From: the human T2T-CHM13v2.0 reference genome, Homo sapiens
Assembly (NCBI RefSeq): GCF_009914755.1
Contig: NC_060932.1
Reading direction: 5' to 3' (one strand)
Length of the DNA: 64,000 nt
Shown here: positions 40,949-57,156 of the stretch, in pieces
Layout: every line of letters starts with the position of its first letter
Numbering within the stretch: the stretch's first letter is position 1
Notes under the pieces: model-generated
The model's input: only the letters and a program-made list of their open reading frames with translations
What the model was told of the DNA's origin: nothing
Database searches by the model: none
Program-made: the position numbers and the translations under genes

Positions 40949-42608
40949 GTAATAGTAAATCCACCGGAATAGTAAATCCATTACCTCCTTAAAGCATAAA
41001 TTTCACAGGACCTATAAAACAACAAAACACACACACACACACACACTCACACACACACACACAAAACAAGGTATTCAGGCAAGAAATAGCATGAAAATGG
41101 GGCAATTTAAAAACCTGCCAACTTGCCCAGTGTTTGTAGAATGGCTCTATTCTGTGAAAGTTCTTTACTAATTAATTTAGTATTATCTTAATGTTGGGGT
41201 CAACCTGAATATAAAGCTTATGATCATCCCAGGTCCTTTCTGAGCATGCATCTTTCCTAAGCCTGTGTGTGGTTTTTTAGTTTCTCAAATACATGGTTGA
41301 TTTAAAATGTATTATTTTTCCAACTCATCCCATCCTCGTCCTAGTGTTCTTAGATGGCTACTTGATGGGACATCACTTTTGTCATGAACACTGTGGCAGG
41401 GTACTGCCTGTCATATATCCTTCATCCCATTCACTAACTGTGGATATAACCAGAGTTCCAATCAACCCTTTTGAAGGCCATGTAAAGGAGGATCACAAAC
41501 AAGATCTATAGCTAAAAACTGGACTGAGTCTGGATCATTGATGACATAATGGCACCCAATAACTGCTCTGGATGGACAACCTCCAAAATTACTTTGTATT
41601 ATGGGAAAAAAATAACTACCAACGATTTAAGCCACTCTTGGTGGTTCCCATTTCCTGTGCAATTCCTACCTCACATAACGTATTTTAGACTATTTAGAAA
41701 CAATGGAGAATTTAAAATGTAAGATAGTCTTGGGCATTAATTTGGTAAGACATTTTCAAAGTAAATTTAATAAAAGCAAATGTGTTGCACAATTTTTTAA
41801 ATGACTTACATTTTGTGTGAGAATTTGAATGACAGTTTTTTTATTTGTATACACTCTTACTTACTAATTTTCTAAATGAATATTAGTAAAGTTAGCATAG
41901 TTTTCCTTTCCCTCTTTTCTTCAATAAGGGGCTTACTGTATTCTGTTACTTATTAAGCCAGAGAGGCTTTATAATTTAAACATGAGACTAATTTGAGCTT
42001 GCACCTCCTTGTGTATATATGTGTTTGTGTGTATTTCATATTTCATATAATAAAAAAATCTAGGAAGGCAAAAACTGTTGATATGTATGCATAGGTACCA
42101 TATTGAATGCAAAGTAAGAAAGATAGTTATGTAGACAGATAAATATTCTACAACTCCATGTGTGTGTGCATGTCTATGAAAAATTGATGGAAGGTTCATA
42201 AAAATTAAGTTATTACATCTCAGATATGCGACTGGATTGATTTTTTTCTTTATTCTGTGAGTTTGTTTATTATTTTCATCAGTAAAATGGGCATATATTA
42301 TTTTAATGGCTATTTTAAAATGATTATATCAAAAGATAATTTATGACATTAGATGTATTCTCTGTGTGATATGAGATATTTAATAAAATACAGTAAATGA
42401 ACAACGCAGTTCTCAATTCAGTGAATACACATAATTTCAATGAAAAAGTTACTAAATAACCAGCGAAATAGTCATAGCAATGTCATATATGCATGATTGC
42501 AAATATTTTATTCTTTTAAAGTTTGTTTTTTCCTGATTTTCTGTATTGAATATGCACTTAAATTCTGAGAAAAAATACTAATTATGTATCATTTAAGAAC
42601 AGAGTCTA

Positions 42609-42892
<284 letters not shown>

Positions 42893-42943
42893 GGGCAAAG
42901 TCTAAAATATTAGGAAATTATTTGGGAATAAAAGACTACCTAC

Positions 42944-43127
42944 CTTATTTGAACCACAAGAAGTTCCATCTTTTATCCACATCTTTTGGCTGTCTGCATG
43001 ATCACTGGCAAATTCCACAGCAATGCAGAGATGTCCACTTATGTTGGCATAAATAATAGTGGCTCTTGGAATTTGTAATAAAAATTTACCTACATATTTA
43101 CATATTAATTTTCCGCACTGCAGATTG
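42944..43127 (-). CDS. ADAM2: ADAM2 exon (~16): Cys-rich domain
   Basis: atAG|C AAT CTG CAG...AAT AAG|GTaggt; 184 nt; NLQCGKLICKY...WIKDGTSCGSNK. Confidence 0.96.
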
Positions 43128-43323
43128 CTATAATTTATCCACAAATAAAAATTATTAATTTTAATTTAGAGAAGTACAAGAATATAATTTTTAAAATAGA
43201 TAGATTTAAATAAAGTATTCAAGGTTTGCAAGCTAATACATGCAATTCGTTTTAAAACACCAAAAAAAGAGCCTTGCCTAAATTGCCAATAATAACTGAA
43301 CATTTTAGTAATTAATTATGAAC

Positions 43324-43402
43324 TAAGGTTGGTGCAAAACTAATAGTGGTTTTTGCCACTTTTTTAATGGCAAAAGCCGCAATCACTTTTGCACCAACCT
43401 AA
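43324..43402. mobile_element. MADE1 (Hsmar1-derived MITE)
   Basis: 79-bp palindrome taaggttggtgcaaaa...ttttgcaccaacctaa followed by TA. Confidence 0.92.
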
Positions 43403-43859
43403 TATTCCCTAGTTAGCCTGACAACTTTTTTTGTGATTCCTTCACTTTCCTTTGAATCTGAAACAAAATCAAACCCAAGCTCAAATGAATTTAACATCTG
43501 TTCACCTTTTCAGTGATTTTAAAAATGAAGATTTCAAGGTCACTCATATTAATTAACAAAAATAACCATTAATTAATACTACAGGGTTATCACTATATAT
43601 ATCACATAGGTAGTATGTCCTACAGATTAATGTGAGCATTTGCCTACAGTACATGCTACAAACCATAAGATTTTTATTTGGCCCTTGCATCCTGTTTGGA
43701 ATCTTAAATGCTACCACATGACCATTGCTACATCAGAAGATTCAGGAAACCATGGAGGCAGAGAGACTAACCCTAGATCAACTGCATATGTTGAGATAGA
43801 CAACATATGTTATCTAAATAGCCTCCTAATCAGCAAAATCTCAGCAGTGATGAAAATCT

Positions 43860-44490
43860 AAATGTCTTCAAGCAATTTTCTATGGCCTGAACTTTTCTCC
43901 CTTTGGCCAAAAGAAGACAACGAAAATGGGCAACCCAGCCCCTGAAGTGGCCAGGAGTCATCGAGGAAGGACTTGGAGTTGATAAAAGCTGTTCTGCACT
44001 CATAGTGCACACACCGGTTAAACATTAAGTAATTTCATAGAACATCAACCTTAGGCAAAGCCATTCTGTGATCATGAAAGATTAAGAAAATAAGCAAGCT
44101 CACTTCATAGATCATGTCTGAACACAGAGGAGAAACAAACATTGTCCAAGCCACAGTTACTGGACATTCCCAGGATTCAACTAATATGTGTGACTATTGC
44201 TTCTTTAGCAATTACAACTTTAGCTTCACTTTAGTCTTCCCTCTTCATATATAAGATTAAGATATACAATCATACAATTATTAATATCTCTACTTTAAAA
44301 CATCTAATTTACAGCAAAGGTCTATTTCCTGAAACCTTCCTAAAATCACCTAACCCAAGTCCAAATCTCTAGAACTGGCATACTCCACAATTTCTCATGA
44401 TGCGATTTCTCACCACTCAACATGTAAAAAAACCCAACTTGCTCAACTACGGCTGCCTTCTTGGTGGTCTTTGGCTGGAAGGCATTGTAG
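43860..44490 (+). mobile_element. ERV1-class solo LTR (MER39/MER34-like)
   Basis: aaatcacctaacccaag and ggtggtctttggctggaaggcattg end motifs; family recalled by eye. Confidence 0.5.
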
Positions 44491-45529
44491 TAAGGTAGAA
44501 CTGTAATCTGAAACACACATGCTCACACTTTGAAGACACCGGAATGTAACCAGAAAGGAAAGGACTATATAACTGAGCTTTAAGAATGGGAACTGCAGCA
44601 CCAGATATTCTGTAGATGTGGCTTTGTTTAATAATTTATGAAAGCACATCCAAGGTTGAAGATTCTTAGCTTGAATAATCCCAGGACATTATTAAAATAC
44701 GGGTCTAATGTCAGTTAGTTGACTGGAAACTTAGACTGAGAACTGAAATCTGAATATAAATTTCAGGTTTATATTCAGCCTGAAACCTGGATGACTACTG
44801 AACTAATTAAGCTTGTGTGGTGAAGAATCCAGGGAGCACATAAAAAGCATCTCCCAGAGGCATAACGAAATGAACAATGTTTTCAGCTCCTGCTCAGAGA
44901 CAGGTTTGCTTTATAGTTTGAGTCCAGCTATGTTAAATCCTTTCCATTACAAAATTCTAGCCTTCAGAAAAGCAAAAGTGAATGCAATTTCCATTATGTA
45001 TTAGTCATATTATATGATACAAAGTTAAGAAATATGCTAAACACACATAGAAAAAGTAAAATATAACATAGAGGGCAAATAAATTACTAGATACCAACAC
45101 CAATACTACACAGACATTTCATTCAGCAGAGAAGCCCTTTAATGCAGCTTATATAAAAAGGATCAATGATGAAAAGGAAAATATAGTCATAATAGCTAGA
45201 ATTTTCTTTCAGTAAGTATATGCTTTAGCAATTATAAAGCAAATTTCTGTGCATTTGGAACTTGAGTATATGAGGAAGCAACTTGTATACTAAAATGTAC
45301 TTTATGGCACTTAATTGGAATTAGAATTATCACTAAGTTCATGTCTTAAATTCAGAGATTTACATGAATGAATATGTGATACATGTATGTGCATATATGA
45401 AATGCATGTTCTAGCTCCATTGACTGACAGGCTTGAGAGGTAATGAGAAGAAAAAAAAAGAAATAAAGGGCCACCATATCTGAAATTTACTCTCAAATAT
45501 TTCAGAAAAGCAATTATAAAGCAATATAT

Positions 45530-47010
45530 ACATATAGTTACAAAACTGTATGTGTTTATAATGTGTGTATTTGTATATTTGTGTGTATATTATATGTAAT
45601 GAAAGAGAGAGACAGAGACAGAGACAAAGAGATAGAAAATGATAAGCCAAATGTGTTAAAATGCTAAAATTTGGAAAATTTGAAGGGTATACAGGAATTA
45701 TTTGCACTATTATTCTAACTTTTATATGTCTGAAATTGTTTCCAAATAAAAACATTAAAAAATAAAAAGTCAGTAAAAATAAAAAAAATTTAAAAAAAAA
45801 AGAAATAGTAGACATGCACACAGCTGGTGCTTAGGTATTTATTTTCAAATACCATCTTCTAAGAAAAGGAACCAAGGCTCCTTGGATGAATAGCTGAATC
45901 CAGAGCAGAAGTAGAAGAAGCTCAATGCAACCTACAACATCTTTTCTTGTGCTAGAAAAATTTGGAAGTTATTAAAAAGTCCTACAGACTTTTGAAAAGG
46001 ACACATTAACCAGCTCAAAGGGATTCCCAATAGTCAAAATTAAGAGAATTTGAGAAAGTATCAAAATAATGATAGTAATGTATTTTATCCTATTAAATAA
46101 AATAACAATTATTGTGTCTAAACTGATATATATATAGATAAGTAAATAAAAATATAGAAGTGACTACTTCTTCCTACAGTACATTTCTAGATAATAAAGG
46201 CAAAGTCAATAATACAGTTAGAAAATCACTAATGGATTTTAAAACTAGTTAGTTAAAGTTTGAGGAGAAACAGAATATGCCCAGGGTCTCAATATAACTC
46301 CTCCAAAATTACATATTAAACCCAAAAGGAAAATAGTAATTTCACAGTTGAAAGATTTAGAGAATAATGACTTTATCAAAACATTTAACCTAAAATGTCC
46401 AATACTGAAAGAAAATGGCATGTACCTTTAAAAAAATCCAGGGTACAACAACATCACTTCAGTGATAAACATGCCAAAATGTATCACTTACACATAATTA
46501 TGAAAAATTTCAAAGAAACCTAAATTGTGGGAAAATTCTACAAATTAGTTAACCGATAGTATTAAAAAAAACTAATAAAAAGAAACACAAATAAAAACAA
46601 AAATGTTCCAAATTAAAGAACTCTAAAAATACATTAGGAGTAAATGTAAATATCTGACACTGGGTTTGTTCCTGAACAAGGAAAATAGCCTAAAATTACT
46701 CAAAACAATGAATGAAATTTCAATATGAACTATGTTTGATAGCTACAATAAGTTATGTAAGAAAATATCTTTATTTTCAAGATAAACACATGGATATATT
46801 GAGGAATAAACAAGCACAGTTTTCAACTTACACTCAAACCTTTCAGAAAAATAATTATGAAGAGAGGAGAGGAGAGAAGAGTTGGAACAACAGAAGGGTA
46901 AAGCAACAGGAAAAATGTAAACAACCTGTAAACCTAGGCAAAGGGTATATGGGAATTCCTTGCACTATTCACGAAAACTATAAAGTTTATTACAGAAGTT
47001 TTACTTTACT
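45530..47010 (+). mobile_element. Old L1MC/ME 3' fragments
   Basis: gggtatacaggaattatttgcactattattctaact and a second similar 3' terminus. Confidence 0.55.
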
Positions 47011-47062
47011 TTTGAAATAATATCAACATAAAATTTTACAGCAAAGGAATGGGTATCAGTAA

Positions 47063-47380
<318 letters not shown>

Positions 47381-47655
47381 TCTTCTAGTTCTAATTTACA
47401 AAATAATAGTAACAGATAATAGTTAGCACTCATATAGTACATACTATGTATCAGTCACCATTCTAAGTGTTTTTCATACAGCGTCTATGTTTCCCACTGG
47501 CACCAAACTGGTGATGCGTTATTAATATTCATATATTACATATTAAAAAAAACTGAAATACGTGCCTGAGGTCACACAAATAGGTAAAGAGTGGGATTAG
47601 GATTTAAAATCAAAATGTCTGGCTGTAGAGCACATGTTCTTAAATACCACGCTTT

Positions 47656-47963
<308 letters not shown>

Positions 47964-48056
47964 AACACATTTTGCTCCTTAAGCAGTAAAAATTCGTGTA
48001 TTTTAACTTCTTTACTATGAGGATTGTCATGCTTTGTAAAAATTAAAGTAATAGCA

Positions 48057-48121
48057 CCACTGCATTCCAGCCTAGGCAACAGAGTGAGACTCCATCTCAA
48101 AAAAAAAAAAAAAAAAAAAAA
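48057..48121 (+). mobile_element. Severely 5'-truncated Alu
   Basis: About 42 bp of Alu 3' end + pure A tail; 19-bp TSD AAAAATTAAAGTAATAGCA at 48038-48056 and 48122-48140. Confidence 0.9.
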
Positions 48122-48390
48122 AAAAATTAAAGTAATAGCATGCACAATAAAAATGATTACTGATGGGTAATTAATGTACCTGTATGAAAACTAAACACTT
48201 TGTGGAAAAGTACAAGGGATAATTTGGTTATAGGAGAGGAGAAATGTGTCTATGATATTTATAATTTGAATAAACATGGTCTTACTTTATGTTCAGGGGA
48301 TATTTTGCTTACATAAACTTAATTGTTTGATGGTATTTTCAAATATAAGGTGATAAATAGAAGTTCTAAGACAGATTTCTGAAAACATAC

Positions 48391-48496
48391 TCAGCTTCAC
48401 ACTGTGTGTATCCTGAATCACTTATACCACAGTTTCCAGATACATCAGTCTTTGAATTAAGGTGAGAATAACATTCTGAAGGGCCAAACTCTACTT
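48391..48496 (-). CDS. ADAM2: ADAM2 exon (~15): Cys-rich domain
   Basis: ttcAG|AA GTA GAG...GCT GA|GTatgt; 106 nt; (E)VEFGPSECYSHLNSKTDVSGNCGISDSGYTQCEA(D). Confidence 0.95.
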
Positions 48497-49014
48497 CTGA
48501 AAATAAAAAGGTGAGGTTAGTCATATTAAACTTATATTAATTAAAAATAAATAACAAATACACTTAAAATTCTGAAAGGGTTTAAGATATTCATTGTACA
48601 AAATAAGATCATACTATAACATTCAAAATAAAAACTAGATTTAAGATCACACAAAACTACTTCAATGAAATGTTTAAAAATTGAAAGGACTCTGGTCTAC
48701 TATTCAAAGACATATCCTAGACATACTCCAGAGTTAGCCACTGTATTGTTTAACCTCTAATCATAGTAAGTCTATAAATGCATATCTATTAGTACGTAGG
48801 AAACTTTTTTCACATAATTGACTTATTTGTCAAATAAACAGTTTTAGCATGAATGTCTTTTCAAGTCAAACAACTAACCAATTATCTTGTTTTACATCAT
48901 AATTTCCTTAGACAAGAAATATATTGGAGTCACAATTGATTCATTCACCCTCCCATCATCCAATCCACATGCATAATCTGTATAATTTTAATTCTCATAA
49001 GATCCAACCTACAT

Positions 49015-49348
<334 letters not shown>

Positions 49349-49690
49349 TCATAACCTCCAACTGCTCTACTTGATGGACTCGGTCAAAAATCTTTGACAG
49401 GGAGACTTAACCACTACATAATGTTGCTGCAGCATGAATGCTCAATAACAGAGTGGACAGACTCAGATCTCAGCTGCGACCCACAGATGATGTAGTGAAC
49501 TGAAAAGTAAAAGTTCATTTTGTCCCAGAGGTCATTTGCAAGGCTGGTTATGGGTAAGAAGTCAAAATTTTAACCTTGGCTATGGTAGCAAGCCATTGCT
49601 GGTAGACAAAAAATAGGCCAAAACAAAGAAAGCCGCAATCTACAGATCAAAATGAATTTTAGGCATCCAAGAGAAACTACTGAAAGACGG

Positions 49691-50165
49691 TGTGATGATA
49701 CATTTTATGTATCAACTTGGTTAGGCTATAGTCTCAAGTTATTCAATTAAACACTAATCTAGGCATTGCTCTGTAGGTATTTTGTAGGTGTAATGAAGTC
49801 TACAATAAGTTTATTTTACTTAAGAAATATTATCCTAGATAATGTGGATGGGCCTGATTCAATTATTAATAGTTGAAAGACCTTTACAGCAGGCTTCCCT
49901 GAAAAAGAAAAAAATTCTGCCTGTGGACTTCAATTTATGCTTAAAATTTCTATTCTGCCCTTTTAATTGTCTTGCCCTACAGATTTCAGGCTTGCCTAGC
50001 CAGCCCCACAATCTGATCAGCCAATTATTTGCATAGATATATACACAAAATTTTATATACAATAAAATATCTATATACCTATATCTATCTATCTACAGAG
50101 AGGAAGAGAGAGTGCAGAATTACATATCCAATGGATTTTGTTTCTCTGGTGTAGTTCTGGTTGAT
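49691..50165 (+). mobile_element. MLT2 (ERVL) LTR
   Basis: tgtgatgatacattttatgtatcaacttggttaggcta start; ttttgtttctctgg end. Confidence 0.75.
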
Positions 50166-50456
50166 AGAATTGATAAACAAAGGGGTCGGTGATGTTTTAA
50201 CTTGGGCATATTCTCATTTGTTCTCAGTGTCTCATGACAGATGAAAGCCAGCAGGCTTACAGCTAATGAAGAGGTCACATCTCCGTTGGAGCTCTGTGAA
50301 AGCGCTATGCCCAGAGGCAGCCAATAATTTATCTAAATATTTTATCTAAACTTTCCATTCCCTGGAAAAATCTCTGTTACCAGGTGGCTAGGGCTACTTG
50401 ATTTGATTTAGAGCTCAGTTAAGTGAAAAAAAAAATGAATAAAAAAAATCTTGGCT

Positions 50457-51019
50457 TTCAGAGTGAGGTAAATTAGATAGGTTGGTCATAGCATCCCTTA
50501 AATGAGAACAAACTTGCAAAATAGATGGCGAGAATAAACCTCCCAACAGTGCAAAAACTGCATCCTGGGATACTGGTTAGAACATCCTGCAGCAAGGAGG
50601 TAAAGAAACATAAGGGAAAACACCCAAATTGGTTCAAGTGCAGAAACCCATGATTTGTGTCCTTGGAGTGACCTATGTTCATTATAATAGTAAAAAAGGC
50701 ACCCTTGGGTGGAGAATTAAAATGCTAATGAGAAATGTGATGCATGTACTGGCATGTACAGCAATAGCACATGTGCATTCAGGAGACCACCTACAACATG
50801 CTAAACAACAATGCCCACTCCCACCCTTTTATGAATAATCATGTTAGGCTCCAATAAAGGGAGTTTCCTCAATGCCAACCGACGCTCTTATTCTTGTGCA
50901 GCCTGCTATCAGAGCGTACTTTGCTTTGCAATGAACTTCTTTATTTACTTTCCCTTTGGACTTGCTCTCAAATTCTTTTCGGCAGTGAAGTAAAGAATCT
51001 GAACCGGTTCACTGACAAC
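50457..51019 (+). mobile_element. ERV1 solo LTR (LTR9-like; subfamily uncertain)
   Basis: gacctatgttcattataatagtaaaaa...atgctaatgag...atgaataatcatg; ends gacaaca. Confidence 0.6.
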
Positions 51020-51179
51020 AAAGGCATTACTGAAATAATATAAATCTGCTACCAACATCACCAGTGCCTAAGGCTGTGATTTCAGTTGAGGCAAACAAGA
51101 GCTCACTGGAAATTTTAAAGGAATTCCTGGAGAGTTAGATGACTATGTGAAACAGAATAGCTCAAACCTATTGTTCACT

Positions 51180-51917
<738 letters not shown>

Positions 51918-51946
51918 ATGTAACTGGATCTAAAATGCTGCACACA

Positions 51947-52299
<353 letters not shown>

Positions 52300-53653
52300 C
52301 TAGAATAGTTCTGAGAACAGAGAGTTTTCTAGTCACTCCTTACTCTATGATGTTTAGGTCCTGAACAAGCAGGAAGTGAAAGCTAAGGCTGTCTTATAAA
52401 CTGCTTGAAGTTTGAATCTGTCTTCTCATAGAGATACTTTTGGCATAGGGTAGAAAACATATAGCCAAGGCATTAAAGGAAATTGGAAAGACTATTGGTG
52501 GCCACTAAATAATACTGATGTAGAGTGCTCCTTAGGAAGCACTCTGGGTCCATATAATTGAAAGAGAAGACTCAAATAAATAAAATCTGAAATGAAACAG
52601 AAAACATTACCACTGATACTACAATGATACCTTATGATATGAAGAATATAAGAGACATATATAAATAGAACAACTATATGCCAACAAATTTGATAACAGA
52701 AAAAATAGATAAATTCCTGGACACATCCAACTTACGAATATTAAATTATGAAAAAAGTAGAAAATCGGAATACACCAACGATTGAGGAAATTAAATCAGT
52801 AATTAAAAAGTTTGTCTTTTGCTCCCTCTTCTTTCTTTCTGCCTTTCTGTCTCTTTCTGTCTCTATTTTCCTTCTTTAATCTGAAAATCATCCACATTGT
52901 GGTACCAAATTACCCATTTTCCCAGGACAACACTTTTTCATTTTGTAAGTTTCTTTCTTTGCATCTTTGTTTTGTTTTTCTTCAAACCAACAGTCATTCC
53001 TAATTTTATGTTCATTTTGGTTAGTGATAAGTGCTTTGCAATCCCTTTTTACACAGAAATTAGAGTTAGACTTGCAACTTGTTCCAGTTGAGAATAAAGG
53101 TGACCACCTATCTGTTTCTATGAACATCCTAAATGTTTCCTCTGTCAATTGTTCCTGATTTTTTCGATATGGGGATGAAATACTGTTGGCATTGTTGCTG
53201 TTTCCATATTATTTAGCAAACAATTTTGTATATAGTTTGCACCATGGTTTTCTTTTTTGTTTTTAACGTCAGTGCACATCATCCCTCAATAACTTCAGAG
53301 TCCCTGGATTTTCATGAAATTTCCTTATTGTTTCCACAGGTGATTTTATGCACCTGAATGTGTGTGCCTGCATTAAATGTGGTTTGAACTGTATTTATAT
53401 GACAACTTATAATTACTTTAATGTCTATAGTCATATTACTTATTCCATATTTACCAAAACAAGGGATGGATATGAAGTAAAAGTATAGTTTGTGTTCTCT
53501 CTACTTTCTTCCTTCTTGAACTCAGAAGTCCCATAGACTTTGAATCTTTCCCTCTATTATTTTGATGAAAGTAATTAATAATGTAATGATTTCACTTTTA
53601 ATTAAATTAATTTTTAATTTCTAGCTACTGATATTTTTTCTGACAGTATTCTC

Positions 53654-53922
53654 TTTTTTTTTTTTTTCTTTTGAGGTGGAGTCTCACTCTTTCTCCCAGG
53701 CTGGAGTGCAGTGGCGTGATCTCAGCTCACTGGAACCTCAGCCTCCTGAGTAGCTGGGATTACAGGCATGTGCCACCACTTGCGGCTAATTTTTGTATTT
53801 TTAGTAGAGACAGGTTTTTGTCATGTTGGCCAGGCTGGTCTCAAACACCTGATCTTGGGTGATCTGCCCGCCTCGGCCTCCCAAAGTGCTGGGATTACAT
53901 GCGTGAGCCACCGCGCCTGGCC
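53654..53922 (-). mobile_element. AluS with internal deletion
   Basis: Antisense Alu; TSD gtattct. Confidence 0.88.
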
Positions 53923-54062
53923 GTATTCTTCTCTTTCTATAATTCTTTAGAATATTTAAACTAAATGTGACATTTTAAAAATCACAATCATGTATCAGCA
54001 TCTATTTCTGTTCAGTTTCCAGAAAAAAACGCATATATGAGAAATCAAATGATAATAAATAC

Positions 54063-54258
54063 CTTTGCCAAATGTGTCTGTACATTGTTTATCCCCACTC
54101 ATACAAACTCCATCTATACAGATCCATTGATTCAGTCCACACGGATGCCCAGTCTGAACATAGTGGTTTTCTGGGCATGATGCAGATGATCCATTGCAAT
54201 ATTCAGGGAGGTCGCATTCTTCAAAGGAAGGCCTACACATTCTTTCTTTTGACATAAA
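54063..54258 (-). CDS. ADAM2: ADAM2 exon (~14): disintegrin loop (FEECD) and start of Cys-rich domain
   Basis: tcAG|TTT ATG TCA...GGC AAA G|GTattt; 196 nt; [21 protein letters not shown]...CTDTFGK; preceded by a 109-nt intron. Confidence 0.97.
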
Positions 54259-54367
54259 CTGATGGGATGAGGTAAATGATATTGAATTAAGCAGAATGAG
54301 AATACATAAGCATAATAATGATAACTACTTATGTAGGTAATATTGAAATTTTTCAAAAAGCTCTTAC

Positions 54368-54466
54368 TAGACAGTTTTCGCAGCATGGTCCTTCAGCACA
54401 GTTTGAACCGGCTTTAAATCTACATGTGGCAATATCACAGCATGTTTCTCCAATAAGGGCACAATC
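54368..54466 (-). CDS. ADAM2: ADAM2 exon (~13): disintegrin
   Basis: acAG|GAT TGT...TGT CTA|GTaaga; 99 nt; DCALIGETCCDIATCRFKAGSNCAEGPCCENCL. Confidence 0.96.
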
Positions 54467-55106
54467 CTGTAAGGCAAATCAAATGCTCTGAAGTATTTTC
54501 CAACTTGTATTCATATTGGACAGGCATGTTCATAAAGACAACATATTATATAACATACACATAGGTGCTTAACTTACATGTTGGCAAACAGAAAAATAAA
54601 ACCACTTATTCATTTACTTAACAGACATTTATTAATTACCTACTAATTGCCAGACCATGTGTTGCTCATATTGCTATAATAGGTTTGGTTACACTGATAA
54701 AAGGATTCTCTGAAGCCCTGGGGTCCACCATAGCCAAGTCACTGAGAAGAGCTCTGGCTCTTGTAGACAGAGATAGTTAAATACAAGACGTAAAATAAAC
54801 AGAAGTTATAATTTAAAAATTATATTGCAGTGACTACTTCTTATTAGAGTCTTCTGAATATAATATTTTAACAAGTTTCTGCATTTTATGGTATATTGTT
54901 GATTTATTTCATTTTTAACTCCCTAATTAAGGTCTGGAAAATGATATTATTTCTGAGAATGCTGAAGTTGTCACCTTTATATCATTCACTCATATCTTAT
55001 TATGCCTTGTTTTATGCTTTAGTTCATCTATGCCCAGTGAATATGCTTTTAAAACTTCTATTACTAAAGTTAGTAAAAGCAATAGATAAGAAGGCTAAAA
55101 GACAAT

Positions 55107-55145
<39 letters not shown>

Positions 55146-55989
55146 TTTTTTAAATACCCAGAAATTTAAAATAGGGTAAATTGGAAAAAGAAATTTGATA
55201 AATCACAAAAAGATAAATCATGAGTTTAGTAGTCTTCATATGAGTTATAGCAAGATACTTGGAAGCACAGAGTTGTCAGTATTTTTCACAGCTATTCTAA
55301 GAATTGTCACTGTCATTGCTATCTACTGTAATTCTAGAGGGGAAAGTTATATCTCAGTGGTTTAAGCCTCAATTATATAACATTTCGAGAGCTTAGATAC
55401 ATGATTGTCAAATTGAAGAAGAAATTTTCAAGATGTTTCCATTCAAACCCAACCAAGCAAAAACAAGTGGGTGACGAGGAACAATTTTTTAAAAACATAT
55501 CACATATCTCAGGATCTATAAACATACTTTTAAGGTTGGAAGGCTACATGAGTGACCATTGTAGGGCACAATGAAGTCTACTTAGTCTTTGTGATCCTTT
55601 TGAGCCTGTACCATTCACTATGAGTTTCAATATCTCCTTTCCCTTATTTCATTCCCTTTATCTCTGCTCTCCTCACCTCCCTTCAACCCAGGTGCTTTAT
55701 CTAAGATTTCTGTGGTTTGAGAAAACTAGCTCTTCTTAATTATGTATGTTACAAATCTTTTTGACTTAAATATCGACCTGGATTAAAATATTCAAAAACC
55801 ACAAATGTACTCCCTAGGTTTTCTGGCTCCATAGTGAAAGCTTTAAAATATCTCTCTTTCTGAACAACAAAGGAATTTAGGTTAAATACTAGTTTTAAAT
55901 TTTAGGCTTAAAAACTAGGGAAGTATATACTCAAGAGGAAAAGATTGAACCTACATCAACTCAGCTATGAAATTAGTGGCCTTGAAAAT

Positions 55990-56365
55990 TGCTTATATGA
56001 GAGATTAGAATGGTGCTTACCAGGGACTTCAGGGAGGGGAAAATAGGGAGATGATGGTCAAGGGGTATAAAATTTCAGTTCTGCAAGATGAATACGTTCT
56101 AGAGATCAAACATGACTACAGTTAACAATATTGTATCATATACTTGAACTTTGCTAAGAAGGTAGATTCTTAGTGTTCTTGTCAGAAAGGAAAATTTTTG
56201 AAAAGCAAAAGAAAAGGAAAAAATAAAATGCTATGGTGAGATTACAGGTATGTTAGTTATCTAGATTTTAGTAAATATTTCAAAATGTACTCATATACTC
56301 AATCATCAAGTTGTATAACTTAAATATATACAATTTAAAATTGTCAGCTATACCTCAAGAAAGCT
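55990..56365 (+). mobile_element. L1MA/MB 3' end
   Basis: gggtataaaatttcagtt...gatgaatacgttctagagatc; ends cagctatacctcaagaaagct. Confidence 0.75.
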
Positions 56366-56606
56366 AGAATAAATAAAGGAAAATTACCTGTATATTCATA
56401 CAAATCCACGTAGATCCACAAAGCACTGAAGCACTACACCAATATATATAAGTGCACTCATTAGTTGTTATAATACCTACATGCCCTCCTGAATCATTTG
56501 CAGAAAATTTAGCTTGATGAATTAAGGAAAATGGCAGTTTCTCACTCGAATTAATAAGTAATTTTTGCTGCAATTTCAGTGCGTAGTCTTCCGAATTAGT
56601 ACCAAC

Positions 56607-56790
56607 CTGTTCAGTCCCACAGTCACACTCCTCTCCTGCTTCCAGCTTTGCATTACCACACACTGCTTGCTGTTTGAAAAAAGGATCTAAGCGAGGCTGA
56701 TTGTGAAGACACTGGGACTTCTGCTTTGAAATAAAATGTGCAAAGTCTTCGAAGCTGCAGTTACTAAAGATCTTCACACCACTGAAATGA
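56607..56790 (-). CDS. ADAM2: ADAM2 exon (~12): end of metalloprotease-like domain and start of disintegrin
   Basis: ctttAG|T CAT TTC AGT GGT GTG AAG...GAA CAG|GTtggt; 184 nt; [16 protein letters not shown]...[19 protein letters not shown]. Confidence 0.96.
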
Positions 56791-57156
56791 CTAAAGACAC
56801 ATCAAACGTCAAATTTTAATGTAAGGGTTTCCATAAACTACCTACCCTTAGAATAAACCTATACAACAGCATTCCACAACAGACCAAATTCCCAAGTCTG
56901 TGAGTGTCAATGCTTTCAATCTCTGTGCATGGGAAGTCAACTGTGCAAGAATGTAAATATTTTAGTGGAAGTAAATTACTAATCCATAAAGTTTTATTGG
57001 CTCTCCTATGACACTTATTCATGACACTGCTCTCTCTTGTTTAAGCTCCTATTTTCCAAAGTGCCCCATGCTGTTTCATTTGTGCTCTTTCTTTTTATAA
57101 CTTCTAAGTGCTGGGACACCCCTGTATTAATAAAGAAAACAGGCTTTTCTTTTTTT

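Noticed and set aside
52888-53148. 86-aa minus-strand ORF as a processed pseudogene or extra ADAM2 exon
   Set aside because: No recognisable homology, an in-frame stop upstream, and the flanking ADAM2 exons already splice in phase without it.
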